Shown here piece by piece: positions 1 to 14,551 of a stretch of DNA of 64,000 bases (position 1 is the stretch's first letter; each line of letters begins with the position of its first letter). This DNA comes from Gnetum montanum (Eukaryota > Plantae > Gnetophyta). The notes below the pieces were generated by a model, which ran no database searches, had not been told where the DNA came from, and saw only the letters and a program-made list of their open reading frames with translations. The stretch lies in contig MNCI01002110.1 of the NCBI GenBank assembly GCA_015680685.1, positions 66,324 to 130,323 of the forward strand, read 5' to 3'. The position numbers and the translations under genes were made by a program.

Positions 1-1508
1 CTCATGAACAAGCTAATGGTTAGCCCTCATATTATACGTTGGCTGGTAATCCTATAGGAGTTCGATCTAACGTTGATAAATAGAAAGGGCACCAAGAATG
101 TAGTTGCAGATCACTTATCTTAGTTGCACTAGGACAACAAAGAGGATGAATACGCCATATCCGATCATTTTCCATATGAAGCCCTCTTTGCCGATGTAGT
201 GAATAACCAACCCATGGGAACGAATTGGTATAGTAGCATTCTTACCTATCTCCTTTCCCAACAAACACCATAGGAGTTGAACTTTAGGAAGAAACAATAG
301 TTTCTTCACAGAGCCAAGTACTTCATGGAGATCAACAGACAACTTTACAAAGTCTATCTTGATAGCTTGGTTTGATGGTGTGTACCCGATATGGACCAAC
401 TAAGAGTTCTCCAAGATGCTCATGAAGGCCCTTGTGGGGGTCACTATGCAGGGAGACGAACGGCTATTAAGATCCTGCTTGCAGGATATTACTGGCCAAT
501 ACTATTTCGAGATGCCCATCATTTTGTCCAATCCTGTGAGCATTGTCAACGTGATAGAGGAATGACTACTAGAATGGAGGATCCGCAACAATGGATTCAA
601 CCTTTGAAACCCTTTGACATTTGGAGAATAGATTTTATGGGGCCCATTAATCGATGTCCAATGGAAAATATTATATCATTGTTGTTGTTGACTATCTAAT
701 GAAATGGGCTGAAATAGCTACTGTAACAAACTACACATCATCTACAGCTACACGATTTGTATAACAACAAGTCATAAATAGGTTTGGTGTGCCTTGTGCA
801 CTTATCTCAAATAATGGAACACACTTCATGGGTGTAACCTTCTAGAAATTAATGCAATGCTTAGGGGTTGAACATAAATTGACTACACCTTACCACCCCC
901 AAGCTAATGGCCAGGCCAAGGTTACTAATCAGGAGATTACTAAAATTTTGATAAGAACAATTAACAAATATAGGTAAGATTGGAGCACTAAACTAAATGA
1001 TGCCCTTTAGGCATACCGCTCCACTTGGAAACTCCCTACAGGCTATTCTCCCTACAAGTTAGTATATGGAAAACTTCCAAAGCTTTCAATACAAATCAAG
1101 CTTTGTACGCTATCCATGGCATGTGACCTCCACCTTGACCTTGATCTAGCACAAAAACAAAGATTGGCAACTCTAAACATGCTAGACGAAAACTAATTGG
1201 TTGCCTTGTCATCAAATGAGTTGCACAAGGCACATAACAAACAACGTGATGACTTAAAAATTTGAAAGGTTAAGTACCAACTTGGAGATAAGGTCTTTTA
1301 CTGGAACCCCACACATGTGCCCCAATGCACAAAATTTCAAACATTGTGGGAAGGACCTTATATCATTCACACAACCTTTCCCTCAGGAGCCATGACCATA
1401 TACAAACCTGAAAGCCCTGATAAGAGATTATTTGTTAATGTTCAAAAAACAAAACCTTTCCATGAACTTAGAATAGCTGGTGCACATAATGCCTCTAAGA
1501 GAGGATGA
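1..1508 (+). pseudogene. Ty3/gypsy pol fragment (RNase H C-terminus and integrase) with stops and frameshifts
   Basis: ORF pieces 391-699 and 1317-1508 plus the interrupted frames between them carry the integrase motifs. Confidence 0.88.
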
Positions 1509-3453
1509 CCTCGCTCATTATTTCGGATATCTCCCTTCAAACTCAGTTATGGGGGAGATGGCCACCTATGCTGATCATTCGAAGCCCTCAGTTTCTTTTT
1601 AAGTTTTTGTTTTACACATTTTTTTTCACAAATTTCTTTAACTTTTCTTGTTTTTGTTTTGCAATATCGTTCATACTTTTTTTTATTTGTGTTTTTGTTT
1701 ATTTTGTTTGACTCGTCACCTAATAAGTGCTCTTAAGATGGTATGAACTGTATTCCATTGATTGCTAATGTTTGGATTTTACCTTTAAGTTATCATGTTG
1801 ATACTTTGGTATGGTTCTTTTGATATAATAGGCAATGAGTCCACTTCATCCATACACCCATAAATTTCTATGGTCTCTCTTGGCTTGGAACTATACAGTC
1901 CCTTTTTCACTAATAAGAACTATTAATGAATCGGTGATTGCGTATTTCTCAAACTAAGGAAGGACTCAAGAATTGAAAAGGGTGTGACTTCAAGAAAACT
2001 TGATGCATTTGTGTTGGCCATTCTCTTGGGTGCTTGGATGTTTTCTTCTTGAGTTTCCCTTACCATTCTATCGTTACTCCCATATCGGGAAGCTGAGCTA
2101 ATGAAAATAAAGAAGTCTTTGCGTGGTGTGGTTCTCACGCAAAACACAAAAAAACAATAGTGTGAATTCAAAGCACACCCCTTAGGCAAAATAATTCTAG
2201 GCTACAAGCACTAGTTATGGAACTAAATAAATATGTTCCCTCTAACTAAGGCCCTTCTCTCTTCCTACTTTCTCCTCTTTTATTTCATTGGAATGGTGGT
2301 GGCTCTTTGGTGGAAGCATTATTGTTACTTCAAGTGGATGGATGGGCCAAATGTATTAATGCAAAGTCACTAGATGTGGACTGTTTGAGGCAGGATTTGG
2401 AATAAGATCTACTAAGTTACATTAACCACTATCATAGAAGGGGTTGTACACCACCTTGTTCTTGAGATTCCATTCCACTCTCTCCTTCCCATCATTCTTT
2501 CTCCATTTATCACCTCATTGCCGATTGTATCAATAGTCCATATTGTGGTTGATGCATTGCTTTCGTTTTGGTAAACTCTTGTGGTTAAGACTTTAACTCT
2601 TATCTCCAAATGACATTCCTAGAGCCTACAGACTTTTTGAATGTGGGATTGTCAGGGCATTAAGGGCATGAGCCTACTTTGGGAAGGATCCACTGCCATT
2701 CCTATTTGGTGCATCTGTTAACTTATTTCTCTTAAACATCTCTGTAATCACCATTTATTTTTTCCATCCCCATCTTTGACATCCATTTTATTGGTGTTGC
2801 TGTTATTTCTTTTTCTTCATCTTTCTTATTCCTTATCTTTTTCATTCTATCACTACTCAAGGTTCGCTCTCAATCATGGGGGTCCTAGTCCAATTTTTTT
2901 GATTTTTTCTTAACCCCTACACCTCAGGTAGTCACCACTATTATATCTCTAGATCTGCATCAGCCATATCACAAAAATGGACCTTACACCAAGGCAACAT
3001 ATCAACTACGTTGTGATTCATTTACCCTTGCTAATATCATAATGTGTTGTGTGTGTAGATGGCAATCATACAAAAATGAATTTGATCTAGAGGAAACACT
3101 TAGAATGGACTGGTGTTGAAGCAGTTATGCAAGGAATAGGATTGATGATGCACTTATGGATGGACAACAAAAGGTGCAATCTTGGTGTTTGTAGCAACTG
3201 ACTTCTTCTTTCTTCTTTTTCTCTCTCTCTCTCTCTCTTCTCTCTTCTCTCCCAGCTGCCAAATAAGGTTGGATGTCAAATGTGTATAGTATTCACTCTT
3301 ATTGTCATGAACACTATTTTTCCATGTTTTGTAATGATGATCCATTCACATGTCACCCCATCTACCATTAGTGTCATTCAAGTCAATAATCCCATACCTT
3401 CCTAATATTTTGTAGGAAACTCAAGGATGAGTTTTCATTCAGTCATGGGGGTA

Positions 3454-4255
3454 TGATGGGATGCACTATCACATGAGCCACAATATCGCATCTGCCCCTG
3501 CGACATTGTGTACATGATATCGTAGCTCGTCACCAATTCTATAAATAAGAGGCTGCTTTCCTTTATTTCTTAATCTAGATCTAGACCCTTAGCAAAAATT
3601 TGGCAGTTTTACCATTCTAGAGATAGAATAATTTCCATGTGCCTGCAGTAGGAGTCTCAAAGTGAATGGATCTTTATTCAAGAAAATTGTACCTAAGCAC
3701 ACATTTGTGTATGGAAATAAAGACAAACTTTCTGATAAACCTTGTAGTACATGGACTAAGATAAATATGACTTAATTAATGTTAAATGTTTAATTACTTT
3801 CTTAGATAATTAAATCTCTCTCAACCCTTACTCTCCTAGTTAAGTGCATTCAGTACGACCACTTCGAGCACATGTGTAACGTTTGGTAAGCCAGTAACGA
3901 ATAGTGTTTGGTAATCCCAATAGTGTTGCACTGGTCTAGGGTGTGTACAGTAAGTGGGAACAAATACTGATGCTAGGATACTTAGAACTTAGTTAATTAA
4001 AGTTATTCATTTAGTCTCTTCACCCTTCACCTCTTAGCATAGGTGTTAAAAAGATAAAAGACATAAAAATCACATACCTCAAACTCACTTAACCATACAA
4101 CTATGACAATACAAGTGAGTTTGGGAAGACAGTGATTGATTAACCTTGAGTGTTCCACTAGGGTGCATAAGTACTTAGTCCTTATAGTTCAACTGGATTG
4201 CACGTGCATGCTCGTATTCATATGGTTGAGTGTAGGGATACCTCGCCACTCATCA
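3454..4255 (+). repeat. 3' LTR (~800 bp) of the Athila-like element
   Basis: Starts TGATGGG and ends CTCATCA. It is the reverse-complement homolog of the LTRs at 8268-9069 and 14552-15333. Confidence 0.85.
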
Positions 4256-4699
4256 GTTGGCTTGTAAGGATTTCTCTGAAATGACTTTACAATCCTTACA
4301 AGTTTTCTAGTATCTTTTTCTCATCATGTTGTAGTCTATTTGAATAGAGTTTCTTCCAATCTTGAAATTCATTATAGGACCCCTTAAACCAACCTCTAAA
4401 GCCCATCACATTTTTTAAAAAAAAATTCTTATAACGTGGGGCCATCTAACTAGAAGAATCCAATCATTATTCAATTATGAGTTGGGTTATCTTTGGGTTC
4501 AATGTTGCATAAACAAGGCTTGGTTGAGCCATCATTTTTGAACTACACCTTAGTATATCCTTAAGAGGTATAGTAGGTCTAAAGAACCCATGAAGGTTGT
4601 CAAGAAGGAAAAAGATCATATGATTAGCGAAAATGGTAGGAAAAGATAATTGAAAGTGTAGGAGAAATATTTCCAAGAGATATCAATCAACCTATAATG

Positions 4700-6660
4700 A
4701 ATAGAAATCAATGAAGGCATTTTAATGAGGAGATTTGTGTTTGTATAAATATCCTAGATAAGGAAACACCAAAAAATGTGAATAAGGTGCTTATAAAATG
4801 TCATTGGAAGGATGTTGTGGAGGTAGAATTCAACATGATGACCAAACGGAAGATATAGAAATTGCTACTAGGACTAGTTAACAAGAACATTGTACTGAAC
4901 AAATGGGTGTTCACTACAAAATTAAAAGAAGATGAAAGCCTAGATAAGTATAAGGTCAAATTGGTAACTAGAATTTTCTTTTCTTACAACTAGAGTTGAC
5001 TACAAGGAGACATGCACAACTAGAACTAGAATGAAAACCTTTGGAGTGATGATTGCAATAGCAATTAGAAATTGCTGCAGATTATATCAAATTGATGTGA
5101 AATCAAATTTTTTATATGGAGAGCTAGAAGAAGAAATTTATATGAAATTGCTAAAAGGTTTCATATAGAATGAAGACATGGTGTGTAAATTGAGAAAAAT
5201 TTTGTATGGGTTAAAGCAAGACCCTAGAACATGGTATCAATAAATGGAAGCATTTCTAAGAAATCATAAGTTTCAAAAATTAATGAAAGATAAGAACTTT
5301 TTCTATTGAAAGAATAATGGAAAACTACAAATACTATTAGAATTTTATGCAAATGATATTCTACTTATTGGAAGGGCTCAACAAACATTGAGTGATTTCA
5401 AATTGACCCTAAAGTAGAAATTTTAAATTTTAGACCAAGGACTAGCACATTACTACATAGGGATGGAAACTCAATAAGATCAAGGGAAGATAGTTTTGAC
5501 ATAGAAGAAATATGTAACAAAACTACTATAAGATTACAATATGAAGAATTGCAGAACAACTATAACTTCAATATCAACTAAATTCAAAATAAATGTTGAA
5601 GGATTAGAAATAGACCCAACACAATCCAAATGGTTGATTGGATAACTAATGTATTTGACTAACACAAGACCTAACACTCAATATGTAGTTAATGTATTAG
5701 CAGTAAAGATGCAGAATCTAATGAAAGCACATATGAAGGTTGGAATGAACATTTTAAAATATGATAATGTACTATAAATATTATTCTACAGTACGCAAAT
5801 GATAAGAAGCTCCAGGTAACATCTTACTTAGATGTAGATTAGGTGGGAGATCCAATAATCCAACAGACAAGGACATGATTCATGACACAGTTGGGATCAT
5901 CAACATTAAATTGGTGCAATATCAAGTAGAAGTGAGTGTCAATGTCTTTAATGGAAGCTAAATAGAAAGCCATCCACATTAAGAGACCTTATGTGCTTTG
6001 ACAAATTATTTGAAGAAATTGGGATATAATTAGCAAAACCAATTATTATATATTGTGATAATAATGCAGCCATGAAGATTACCCATGATCCCATTTATCA
6101 TGAAAGCAGCAAACATATTGAATTTGGCATGCATGTTTTATAATACATGTATGAAAACAAGTTTATTATATTGAACTATATTTGCACTAAATCATAGAAA
6201 GTTTATGGTTTGACAAAACCATTTCCTCTACGTAGCTCAAGGCTATTTTAGATTGGGTCCACTTCAAGGTGGCCCATTAATGCACTTGTTCTTCTCTTCT
6301 CCACCATGTTTAGGGGGCTCCTATGTTCCTTGTTTGAGTTTGGGGCTATGTCTTGTTTGAGTGTGGGGATTGGGTCTAGGTTGGGTTGGGCCTATTCTCT
6401 ACCTAGTTTTGGTCTTGGTTGCTTTGGATTAATAGCTACTATGTTTACTAAGTGTGTATAAGCTGGGGGAGGGCCTATTGTAGGGGGATCTTGCCCCATT
6501 TTTGGTTGGGGTCTTTGTTGTAAATATGCATTTTTTACCTAATGTTCATTTTGTTAATATGATTTACCTGACCTTCCTTCTGAAATAAAAAAACCCATTG
6601 CCAAAGGCTAATATCCTTATATTTCGAGAGTTCCTAACCTTAGGGGAATCTTCCAACTAA
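4700..6660 (+). pseudogene. Decayed Ty1/copia reverse transcriptase and RNase H
   Basis: Motifs DESLDKYKVKLV, YQIDVKS.FLYGELEEEIYM, VCKLRKILYGLKQDPRTWY, FYANDILL (degenerate YVDD), IYCDNNAA, SKHIE and LTKP, with many stops. Confidence 0.85.
6224..6590 (+). mobile_element. Short 5'-truncated non-LTR retroposon (LINE 3'-UTR-like) inserted in the copia RNase H end
   Basis: Interrupts the LTKP|LPK coding. It is G/T-rich, ends in a short A-run, and is flanked by AAAACCATT / AAAACCCATT (probable TSD). Confidence 0.5.
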
Positions 6661-8267
6661 GTGAGGATAATACTAATCATGGAAAACAACTGGGTGAAGG
6701 ATATGGAATTACAAATAATGGATGAAAATTGGTAGATGAGCCCCTTCAATTTTCGATTTTATGTTTGTTAGGTTCACTTCTTATTTGGTCGAATTTTTGC
6801 ATGAATAATGAATTAAGGTGGAATGTTTGAATATCAATTCACTATCATGAAAAAAATTGAAAATTGTTCTATTTTAAGAATGAAAGAGGTATTAATCTAT
6901 TAATGCAACCATAATAATATTTGCATTCTTTATAAAAAAAACAAAAGATTAAGAACTATCCATGGGTAGAATAGATAAAGATTCAAAGGATCCAAGTAAA
7001 ATAAAAATAATTTATACAAAGGAAAATGAAGAAAAAGACTAACAATGATTAGCTAAGAAAAGGATGATAGTTATGAAGACTCATATAACCTAAAGAAGCA
7101 AAGCAATGATGGTACAATAAGTTAGAACATAGCATGAACTCCAAAGAAGAGACCATGTTCTTAAAGAAGTATATCAAGTAAGTGTGTAATGCATGAGGAC
7201 ATGTATGTATAGAAGAGACATCATAGGTACCAAAACAAACATAGTTGTGAGTGAAAAAGGGAACAATGAAATAATGGTAGATTCAAGAAAGAAAAAGATT
7301 GAATGTGAAGATCATTCACAAGACATTCTTCCATAGATGTGTGGAAGGAAGTTCACTCAATTCACAACATGTGAGTTGATTTTTAAAAAATTCCTATTAA
7401 TTGTATTATATTTTGTAAAACAATTAGTCTAATTTTCACAAAAACTTTTAATGTTTACGATTCTATAATTAAAGAACTGTTCAGTTCAACAAACACATGA
7501 CTATAAAAAAAAGGAAAAAAACATGAAATACCAACTCTACATAGAAAAAACCAACTCAAAAACCCAATACATTCATGCTTAACATTCAAATCCATGATTT
7601 ATCAAAGAGACCATGCATGACTTACAATTCACAAAAAACTTCCACATTCCCTTATGAAATAATCATCAACTTCTCTAAGACAAAACAACAAATATTTGTT
7701 AATAATTAAGATGCAATAAAGGTTTGGAATACACATCTCTATGAAAACACACTTCATGCTTGTGTTGATTATATAATAACACTTAAAGTCCAATCATAAG
7801 TTTTGTAAGCAATAACAAATCAAGTTATGCAATTCATAAAACTTCTATTCATAAATATGTGATTAATCTGGGGAACAATCATGACTCTTTATGAAAATAA
7901 AGTTCAGGCTAAGATCCATGAAAAAGTAAGAAGTAAAGTGTTATGAGGAAAGGTAGAAGAAGTGGAAGAATACCAACAAAATAAGTATGTGAAAAAATGG
8001 ATTCTCGGAACAATATGTAGACTCTATTCAAGAAATAATTCAAAATGATTCGTATTGTAATATCTCTTAGTATCTGATCGATTAGGAAACCTAAGATGAT
8101 GAAGAAGTTTATCAGTTCCATCTGAAGAATTGATAAGTTTTGTAGGAGATAGGTATGATCCTTGTAGTGTAGGATCTAGTTTCTTAAAGAAGAACCAAAG
8201 CTCCAAGTTGTGCCAAACGTAACTTGGTCCAGTTTCTTAAAGAAGAAGAGAAGACCATCTAGAAGGT

Positions 8268-9069
8268 TGATGATTGGCGAGGTACCCCTACACTCAACCA
8301 TACAAGTACGAGCATTACACGTGTGATCCAGTTGAACTCCAAGGACTAAGTGTTGACGCACCTTATGGAACACTTAAGGTTAATCAATCATTCTCCTCCC
8401 AAACTTACCTGTATTTGTCACGGTTGTATGGTTAAGTAAGTTTGAGGTATGTGATTTTTATGTCTTTTCTCTTTTTAACACCTATGCTAAGAGAGGAAAG
8501 GGTGAAGAGACTAAGTAACTAACTTTCACTAACTAAGCTTTAATCGTCCTAGCATCATTATCCATTCCCACTTGTTGTACACACCCTGAACCAGTGCAAC
8601 ACTACTGGGAATACCAAATGCTATTTGTTACTGGGTTACCAAGCATAGCACACGTGCTCGAAGTGGTCGTACTGAATGCACTTAACTAGGAGTTGAGGGT
8701 TGAGAGAGATTAATTATCTAAAAAAGCATTTAAACATTTAACATTAATTAAACCCTAATTAGCCTAGTCCATGCACTGCAAGGTTTATCAAAAACTTCAT
8801 CTTTATTTCCATACAGAAATGTATGCTCAGGTACAATTTGCTCAAATAAAGATCTATTCACTTTGAGACTCTTACTGTGGGCACATGGAAATTATTCTAT
8901 CTCTGGATTAGTAAAACTAGCAAAGTTTCACTAAGGGTCTAGATCTAGATTGAAAAACAAGGGAAAGCTGCCTCTTATTTATAGAACTGGTGATGTGTTG
9001 CGATATCGCAGGGGCCGATGTGATATCACATACATGATATCGTAGCCCATGCGATATCACATTCCATCA
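8268..9069 (-). repeat. 3' LTR of the 8268-15333 element
   Basis: Direct repeat of 14552-15333 with TGATG...CATCA termini. Confidence 0.9.
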
Positions 9070-11372
9070 TGCCCCCATGACTGAATGAAAACTTGTCCTC
9101 GAGTTCCTTACAAAATATTGGGAAGGTATGGGATTATTGACTTGAATGATACTAATGGTGAATGGGGTGACATGTGAATTAATTATCATTACAATACATG
9201 GCAAAATTTAGTATTCATGACAATAAGAGTGAACACTATACATAATTGACATCCAACCTTATTTGGAATCTGAGAGAGAAGAGAGAAGAGAGAGAGAAAA
9301 GAAGAAGTCCACTGTTGCCAATGCCAAGATCGTACCTTTCATTGTCCATCCATAAGCACATCATCAATCCTATTCCTTGCATAACTAGTTTAGCATCAGT
9401 CCATTCCAAGTGTTTTCTCCAGATCCAATCTGTTGTTGTATGATTACCATCTACACATACAACATAATCTAATATTATCAAGGATAAATGACTCATAATG
9501 CAATTGATACCTTGCTTCGATGTAAGGTCCATTGGCTAAGTTATGATATGGCTAATATAGATCTAGAGATATAATACTAGTGACTACCTGAGGTGTAGGG
9601 GTTAAGAGAAAAATCAANCAGATCTAGAGATATAATACTAGTGACTACCTGAGGTGTAGGGGTTAAGAGAAAAATCAAAAAAATTGGACCAGGACCCCCA
9701 TGATTGAGAGCAAACCTCTTATAGTGATAGAATGGAAAAAGGTAAGGAATAAGAAAGATGGAGAAAAAGAAACAACGGCAACGCCGATAAAATGGATGTC
9801 AAAGATGGAAATGAACAAAATAGATATTGACTGAAAGAATGTTTAAGGGAAAAGAAATTAACAGATGCACCAAAAAGGAATGCCAGTGGGTCCTCCCCAA
9901 AGCAGGCTTATGCCCTTAATGCCCTGACAATCCCACATTCAAAGAGTCCATAGGCTCTAGGATTGTCATTTGGAGATAAGAGTTAAAGTCTTAACCACAA
10001 GAGTTTACCGAAAAGAAAACAATTCATCCACCAAAATATATACTACTGATACAACTAACAATGAGGTGATAAATAAAGAAAGAAGGATGGAAAGAAGAGA
10101 ATGGAATGGAATCTTAAGAACAAGGTGGTGTACAGTCTCTTGTGTATTAATGGTTAATGTGACTTAGTAGATCCCATTCCAAATCTAGCCTCAAAAAAAC
10201 CACATTCAATGACTTTGCATTAATACATTCAACCCATCCATCCACTTGAAGTAATAAGAATGTCTTCACCACAGAGCCACCACCATTCCGACAAAATGAA
10301 AAAGGAGAAAGTAGGAAGCGAGAAGGGCCTTAGTTAGAGGGAACATGTTTATTTTAGTTCCATAACCAGTTCTTGTAGCCCAAATGATTATTTTATCTAA
10401 GGGGTGTGCTTTGAATTCTCACACTCTTTTTTTTTTGTGTTTTGTGTGAGAACCACACGATGCAAAGACTTATTATTTTTATTTGCTCAACTTCCCGATA
10501 ATGCAGCAATGTCAGAATGGTAAGAAAACTTAATAAGAAAACATCCAAGCACCTAAGAGAATGGCCAGCATGCATCAAATCCCCTTGAAGTCACACCCTT
10601 TTCAATCCTTGAGTCCTTCCTTAGTTTGAGAAATACCCAGTCACCGATTCATTGATAGTTCTTATTATTGAGAAAGGGACTGTACAGTTCCAAACCAAGA
10701 GAGACCATAGAATTTTATGGATGTATAAATGAAGTGGACTCATTGCCTACTATATCAAAAGAACCATACCTTAGTATCAACATCATAACTTAAAGGTAAA
10801 AACCAAACATTGGCAATCAATGGAGTATAGTTCATACCATCTTCGGAGCATTTATTACGTGACGAATCAAACAAAATAATCAAACACACAAAGAAATGAA
10901 AGAGTATAAACAATGTTGTAAAAGAAAAATAAGAAAAGTTAAAGAAATTTGTAAGAAAAAAATGTGTAAAACAAAAACGTGTAAAACAAAAATGTATAAA
11001 ACAAAAACTTAAAAAGAAACTGAGGGCCTCAAATGATCAGCATAGGTGGTCATCTCCCCCACGACTAAATTGAAAAGGAGAGATCCGAAATAATGAGCAC
11101 TTGTTTGAATTTCTTAGAAGTGTCCAACTTCTCCCAATTGATGTTTTCAGTTTAAGGGTTGGAAGTTGGCGATGCTCTAGTTCTAGTGTGTCTATGCTTT
11201 TGATGTGGCCGCGAGTTGGTCCCCCAGTTATTTCCATGCACATTGATGAGTTGCTCTCTTGATTAGCTATCAACCACTGGGTGTTCTCTTATTGTGTGGT
11301 TGCTACATACAGGCACTTATGTATGTTAACTTCTTAGGCACACCTGTTGCATGCAGGAAATGCTAAACATTC

Positions 11373-14300
11373 CTATACGCCATCACCCTCAGTATCACTG
11401 TATGTGATACATGGAACCTTCTTCTTCTTGATCTTTCCATAAGTATTTTCCTTAGATATTTCTAGGGAAAGATCATGGATTCCTAGGCATGCATTCACGA
11501 TACTTAGCCATGCCCTTCCCATTATTATTGGGAATTCCCCCTTGTCATTGTTGACTTGTATCACTAGGAAATCAACTGGGTATGACCAACCACACACAAT
11601 GGTAATGATTTCCTCCACCAATCCCAAGGGAATAGTGATGGACTAGTCAACCAACTCTAAGTGAATATTGCTCTTCTTTAGTGGAGGTAGGTTTCAGGCT
11701 TTATACATTTCTTGCGATATCAAGTTAACTCCAAAACCTGACTCAAGAAGAGCTTTACGTGGTTCATTTCCAGCGACTTGGAGATAAATTAAGGGACTCC
11801 TAGGATCAGAGAATTTCCTAGGAAGGTGGCCCACCTTGATTTAGTTAGTGATGGTATGTGTTAACATAATCATATGCGTTGAGCTCTGTTGTTGGTTTGA
11901 AGGGAGCTCCAAAGCCTTATTTGATGAAAAAGCATTTGGAGGCTCAACCGCTTGTGGTTGTGAGAGCTTGTTTGGGCTTTTGGTTTTGAAGAAAGGTCTT
12001 CTCCTTGTACGATTGTCAGAACCAGTAGTGGGTTGAAGGTTAATAGCTCTTGTAGCATTGTGTTACTACGGTTGAGTGGGGAGTTCCCCTTGCATCGCTG
12101 GAGTGGTTGGTAGTGGAGCTATTAGTGTAAGAGTGGCAAACAGATTTGAAGGATGGTATGCATGTGGTGTGTCTCTCTCAAAAGAAGGAGTCTTATAGTA
12201 CCCCCAAGCTTGGTAGTGATGTTGTGGGGTCACGTGACCAATAGAGTCACTTGGAGAGATTGGCTACTGCACATAGTAGCCATATGGATCCAATTGCCTA
12301 TAAGGGTATTGTTGCCTTGGTGGTGGCATCCTCCAGGACTGTGGGTATTGCCACTACTAGTATTGCTCCATAGGTTGTGGCAGAGTTCCACTTGGATAAT
12401 ATGTTAATGGTTGGTGGAACTGCCTTGAGTTACCTTGGGGATAAGGTAACCGACAGGGTGCTTGTCATTTGTTAAGTCTTGGGTTGAGTGCATACACCCC
12501 AGACTCTTGCAGATGTGAGATTATTGGGCAACATCCCTTAGGATGGTCATATTGGTAAATCTTACATCCATCGTCATTGTTTGTATCTGAATCCACAACC
12601 TCTTCAGTGATAGCTATTTTACCCTTACCTTTGTTATGTGCATGGTCCAAATTCCTCTTCTTTTTCTTATCATGGTCACTACTTCACTCCTTAGACTCCT
12701 CTACAATTTTTAAAATGGTTTTAAATCTACTATCTAAGGAGTCCCATATCTAATCTACCTTAGTTGACACTTCTGTTGTTAATTTCTAAAGTGGCAAGGT
12801 TTTCCTGCTCACCAACTCTTCGAGTGGTGACTCATCCTCCTCCTCACAAAATCTCACTCCCCTCTTTCGATGGAAAGGATCGTAGTTGTATTCCTCCATG
12901 CTTTCTCTTTTGCATAGCTATCCTTCTTCCTTAACTACTTGTTCCAACAATCTATAAACCTCATGGGACCTAAGTTTAGATAATCTCCCTTGGGCATATG
13001 TCCCAAGGGTTCTCCTGGTTTCATGTCTTAGCCCATCTACGAGATGGCATAGTTGATCCCATTGTGCATAACCATGCCCCGGGCAATGATGTAGCAATGC
13101 ATAATATCAGCCCATGGCAGCATCCAAGGGTTCGTGATTACCCTACTTCCATCCTTGGATCTGCTTTCGTATGTTGAACACTCGAGAGTACGTTTGATAT
13201 TTATCATTAAACAACTCTAGCATCATACTCCACCTTTGAATGGATTCTAGTTCTAAGGATTGATACCAGCTTTCTGCTCCTTTTATGAGTGTTCTTGGAA
13301 AAAACTTTAATTTTTGCCACTTGTTTTCAATGTTCTACAAGATGTAGGCATTGTGAAATGCCTGTAAGTGGTTCTGTGGATCAACATTGTATCCCCCCTC
13401 AAATCGTGGGATATTATTCATGTCTAGTCTCTTGATCCGACTATCTTTTTGGTGCCTTGTAGGTATTCTAACCGCTTCCGTAATGTCTAACATGCTTTGG
13501 GTTACAAGCAGGGGTTCATCATGGTCGTCTCTCTCATGGAATCTATGATGCCTACATGGTTTCCTACTTTACCTTCTTCCATGTCGTGATTCCCTAAAAT
13601 TCCCTCATCCTCGCTCTCGACTCTCTTGTCATGGTCTCTCGTTTTGTTTACCCTTATCCTCACAGTTAGGTTCCTTATGATTGCGTCCTATCATTGAAGG
13701 AGAGGGTGAATGTTGAGATGAAGGGGAAGAGGAAGGAGAACCATTGCCATGACGATGTTTCCTACCTTCCCTTCAGTGATCTCGACCTTGATCGTGATGA
13801 CGATCAGAATGCTTGCCCTTATCTTGTGTTTGTGTTCCCTCATTGAACACTTGGTGTTCATGGGAATCAAAACCAAGGTTGTGTATTGTGGAGTGAAGGT
13901 TCTGATACACCACCTCCTCACTATCATTAGGAGGGGGAACATCATATTGTGAGAAACCTATTGAAATAGGTTCACTGCCCTTAATTTCTCTTATGATGGA
14001 CAAAGCATTATGGGGGCCTTTGCCCTTCAACGATGTGTGGTAACTCTCCTGCTGCAAGTCTCGTTGACATTGCACTTCTATGGGATGGTAGTCCCTTACG
14101 TTGTAATCACATGCAATGTACTCAACATATAGTTGCGACATGTCAATTTGTGCAAGGACACAAAGGAGCATGTTGGGGGTAGCTTTATCTGGAGGCAATA
14201 CTATGTTACCCTCCAAGTCTCTCCAACGTAGTTGTTCATCTTGATGGAAGATAAATGTAAAGTTTGGTATATATTCATCATGATAAATATATACCACACT

Positions 14301-14459
14301 GAATTGTTGATGAACTGACGGTTCTTGGTTATGTATGTTGTGCTGCCGACTGTCTCTAGTGTTGGTCCTAGGTGGTGAAGTGCTTTTGTTTGGAGAAGAC
14401 GACATTTTCATCTTACTCAGTGTGCTATTTATCATTATGTTATATTTTCGTTTGATCAA
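11373..14459 (-). pseudogene. Decayed gag-protease of the Athila-like element, with an N-terminal extension or upstream ORF (13773-14459)
   Basis: Gag motifs IPRFEGG..VDPQNHLQAF, KLKFFPRTL..GAESWY and LLHHCPGHG (~13030-13420). Protease motifs KALLESGFGVNLI and YPVDFLVI...FPIIMGRAWL (~11373-11760). Confidence 0.82.
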
Positions 14460-14532
14460 CCCTAAGGGTTCGTTTTAGCTCCCAATGATGTAAATGATTG
14501 CCGATGTTCTACGTAGCGCACAAACAACTAAG

Positions 14533-14550
14533 TCCCCGGCAACGGCACCA
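14533..14550 (-). promoter_or_regulatory. Primer binding site, tRNA-Asp type (TGGTGCCGTTGCCGGGGA)
   Basis: Adjacent to the 5' LTR. One mismatch to the TGGCGCCGTTGCCGGGGA PBS typical of Athila elements. Confidence 0.85.
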
Positions 14551-14551
14551 A

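Larger units (their letters stand above)
1..4255 (+). mobile_element. 3' part of a decayed Athila-like Ty3/gypsy LTR retrotransposon (RNase H end, integrase, long 3' noncoding region, 3' LTR)
   Basis: Interrupted translation shows RNase H end (RWLVIL*EFDL...KGTKNVVADHLS), integrase HHCC (H..CGGHYAG...YYWP..C..CQR), core (PFDIWRIDFMGP; TPYHPQANGQA) and C-terminal WEGPY. A G-rich PPT-like tract (AGTCATGGGGG) precedes an LTR bounded by TGATG...CATCA. Confidence 0.88.

Noticed and set aside
9560-9680. Short tandem duplications around single Ns (9618, 26767, 27159)
   Set aside because: Each duplication is centred on an N, which indicates unmerged contig overlaps rather than biology.
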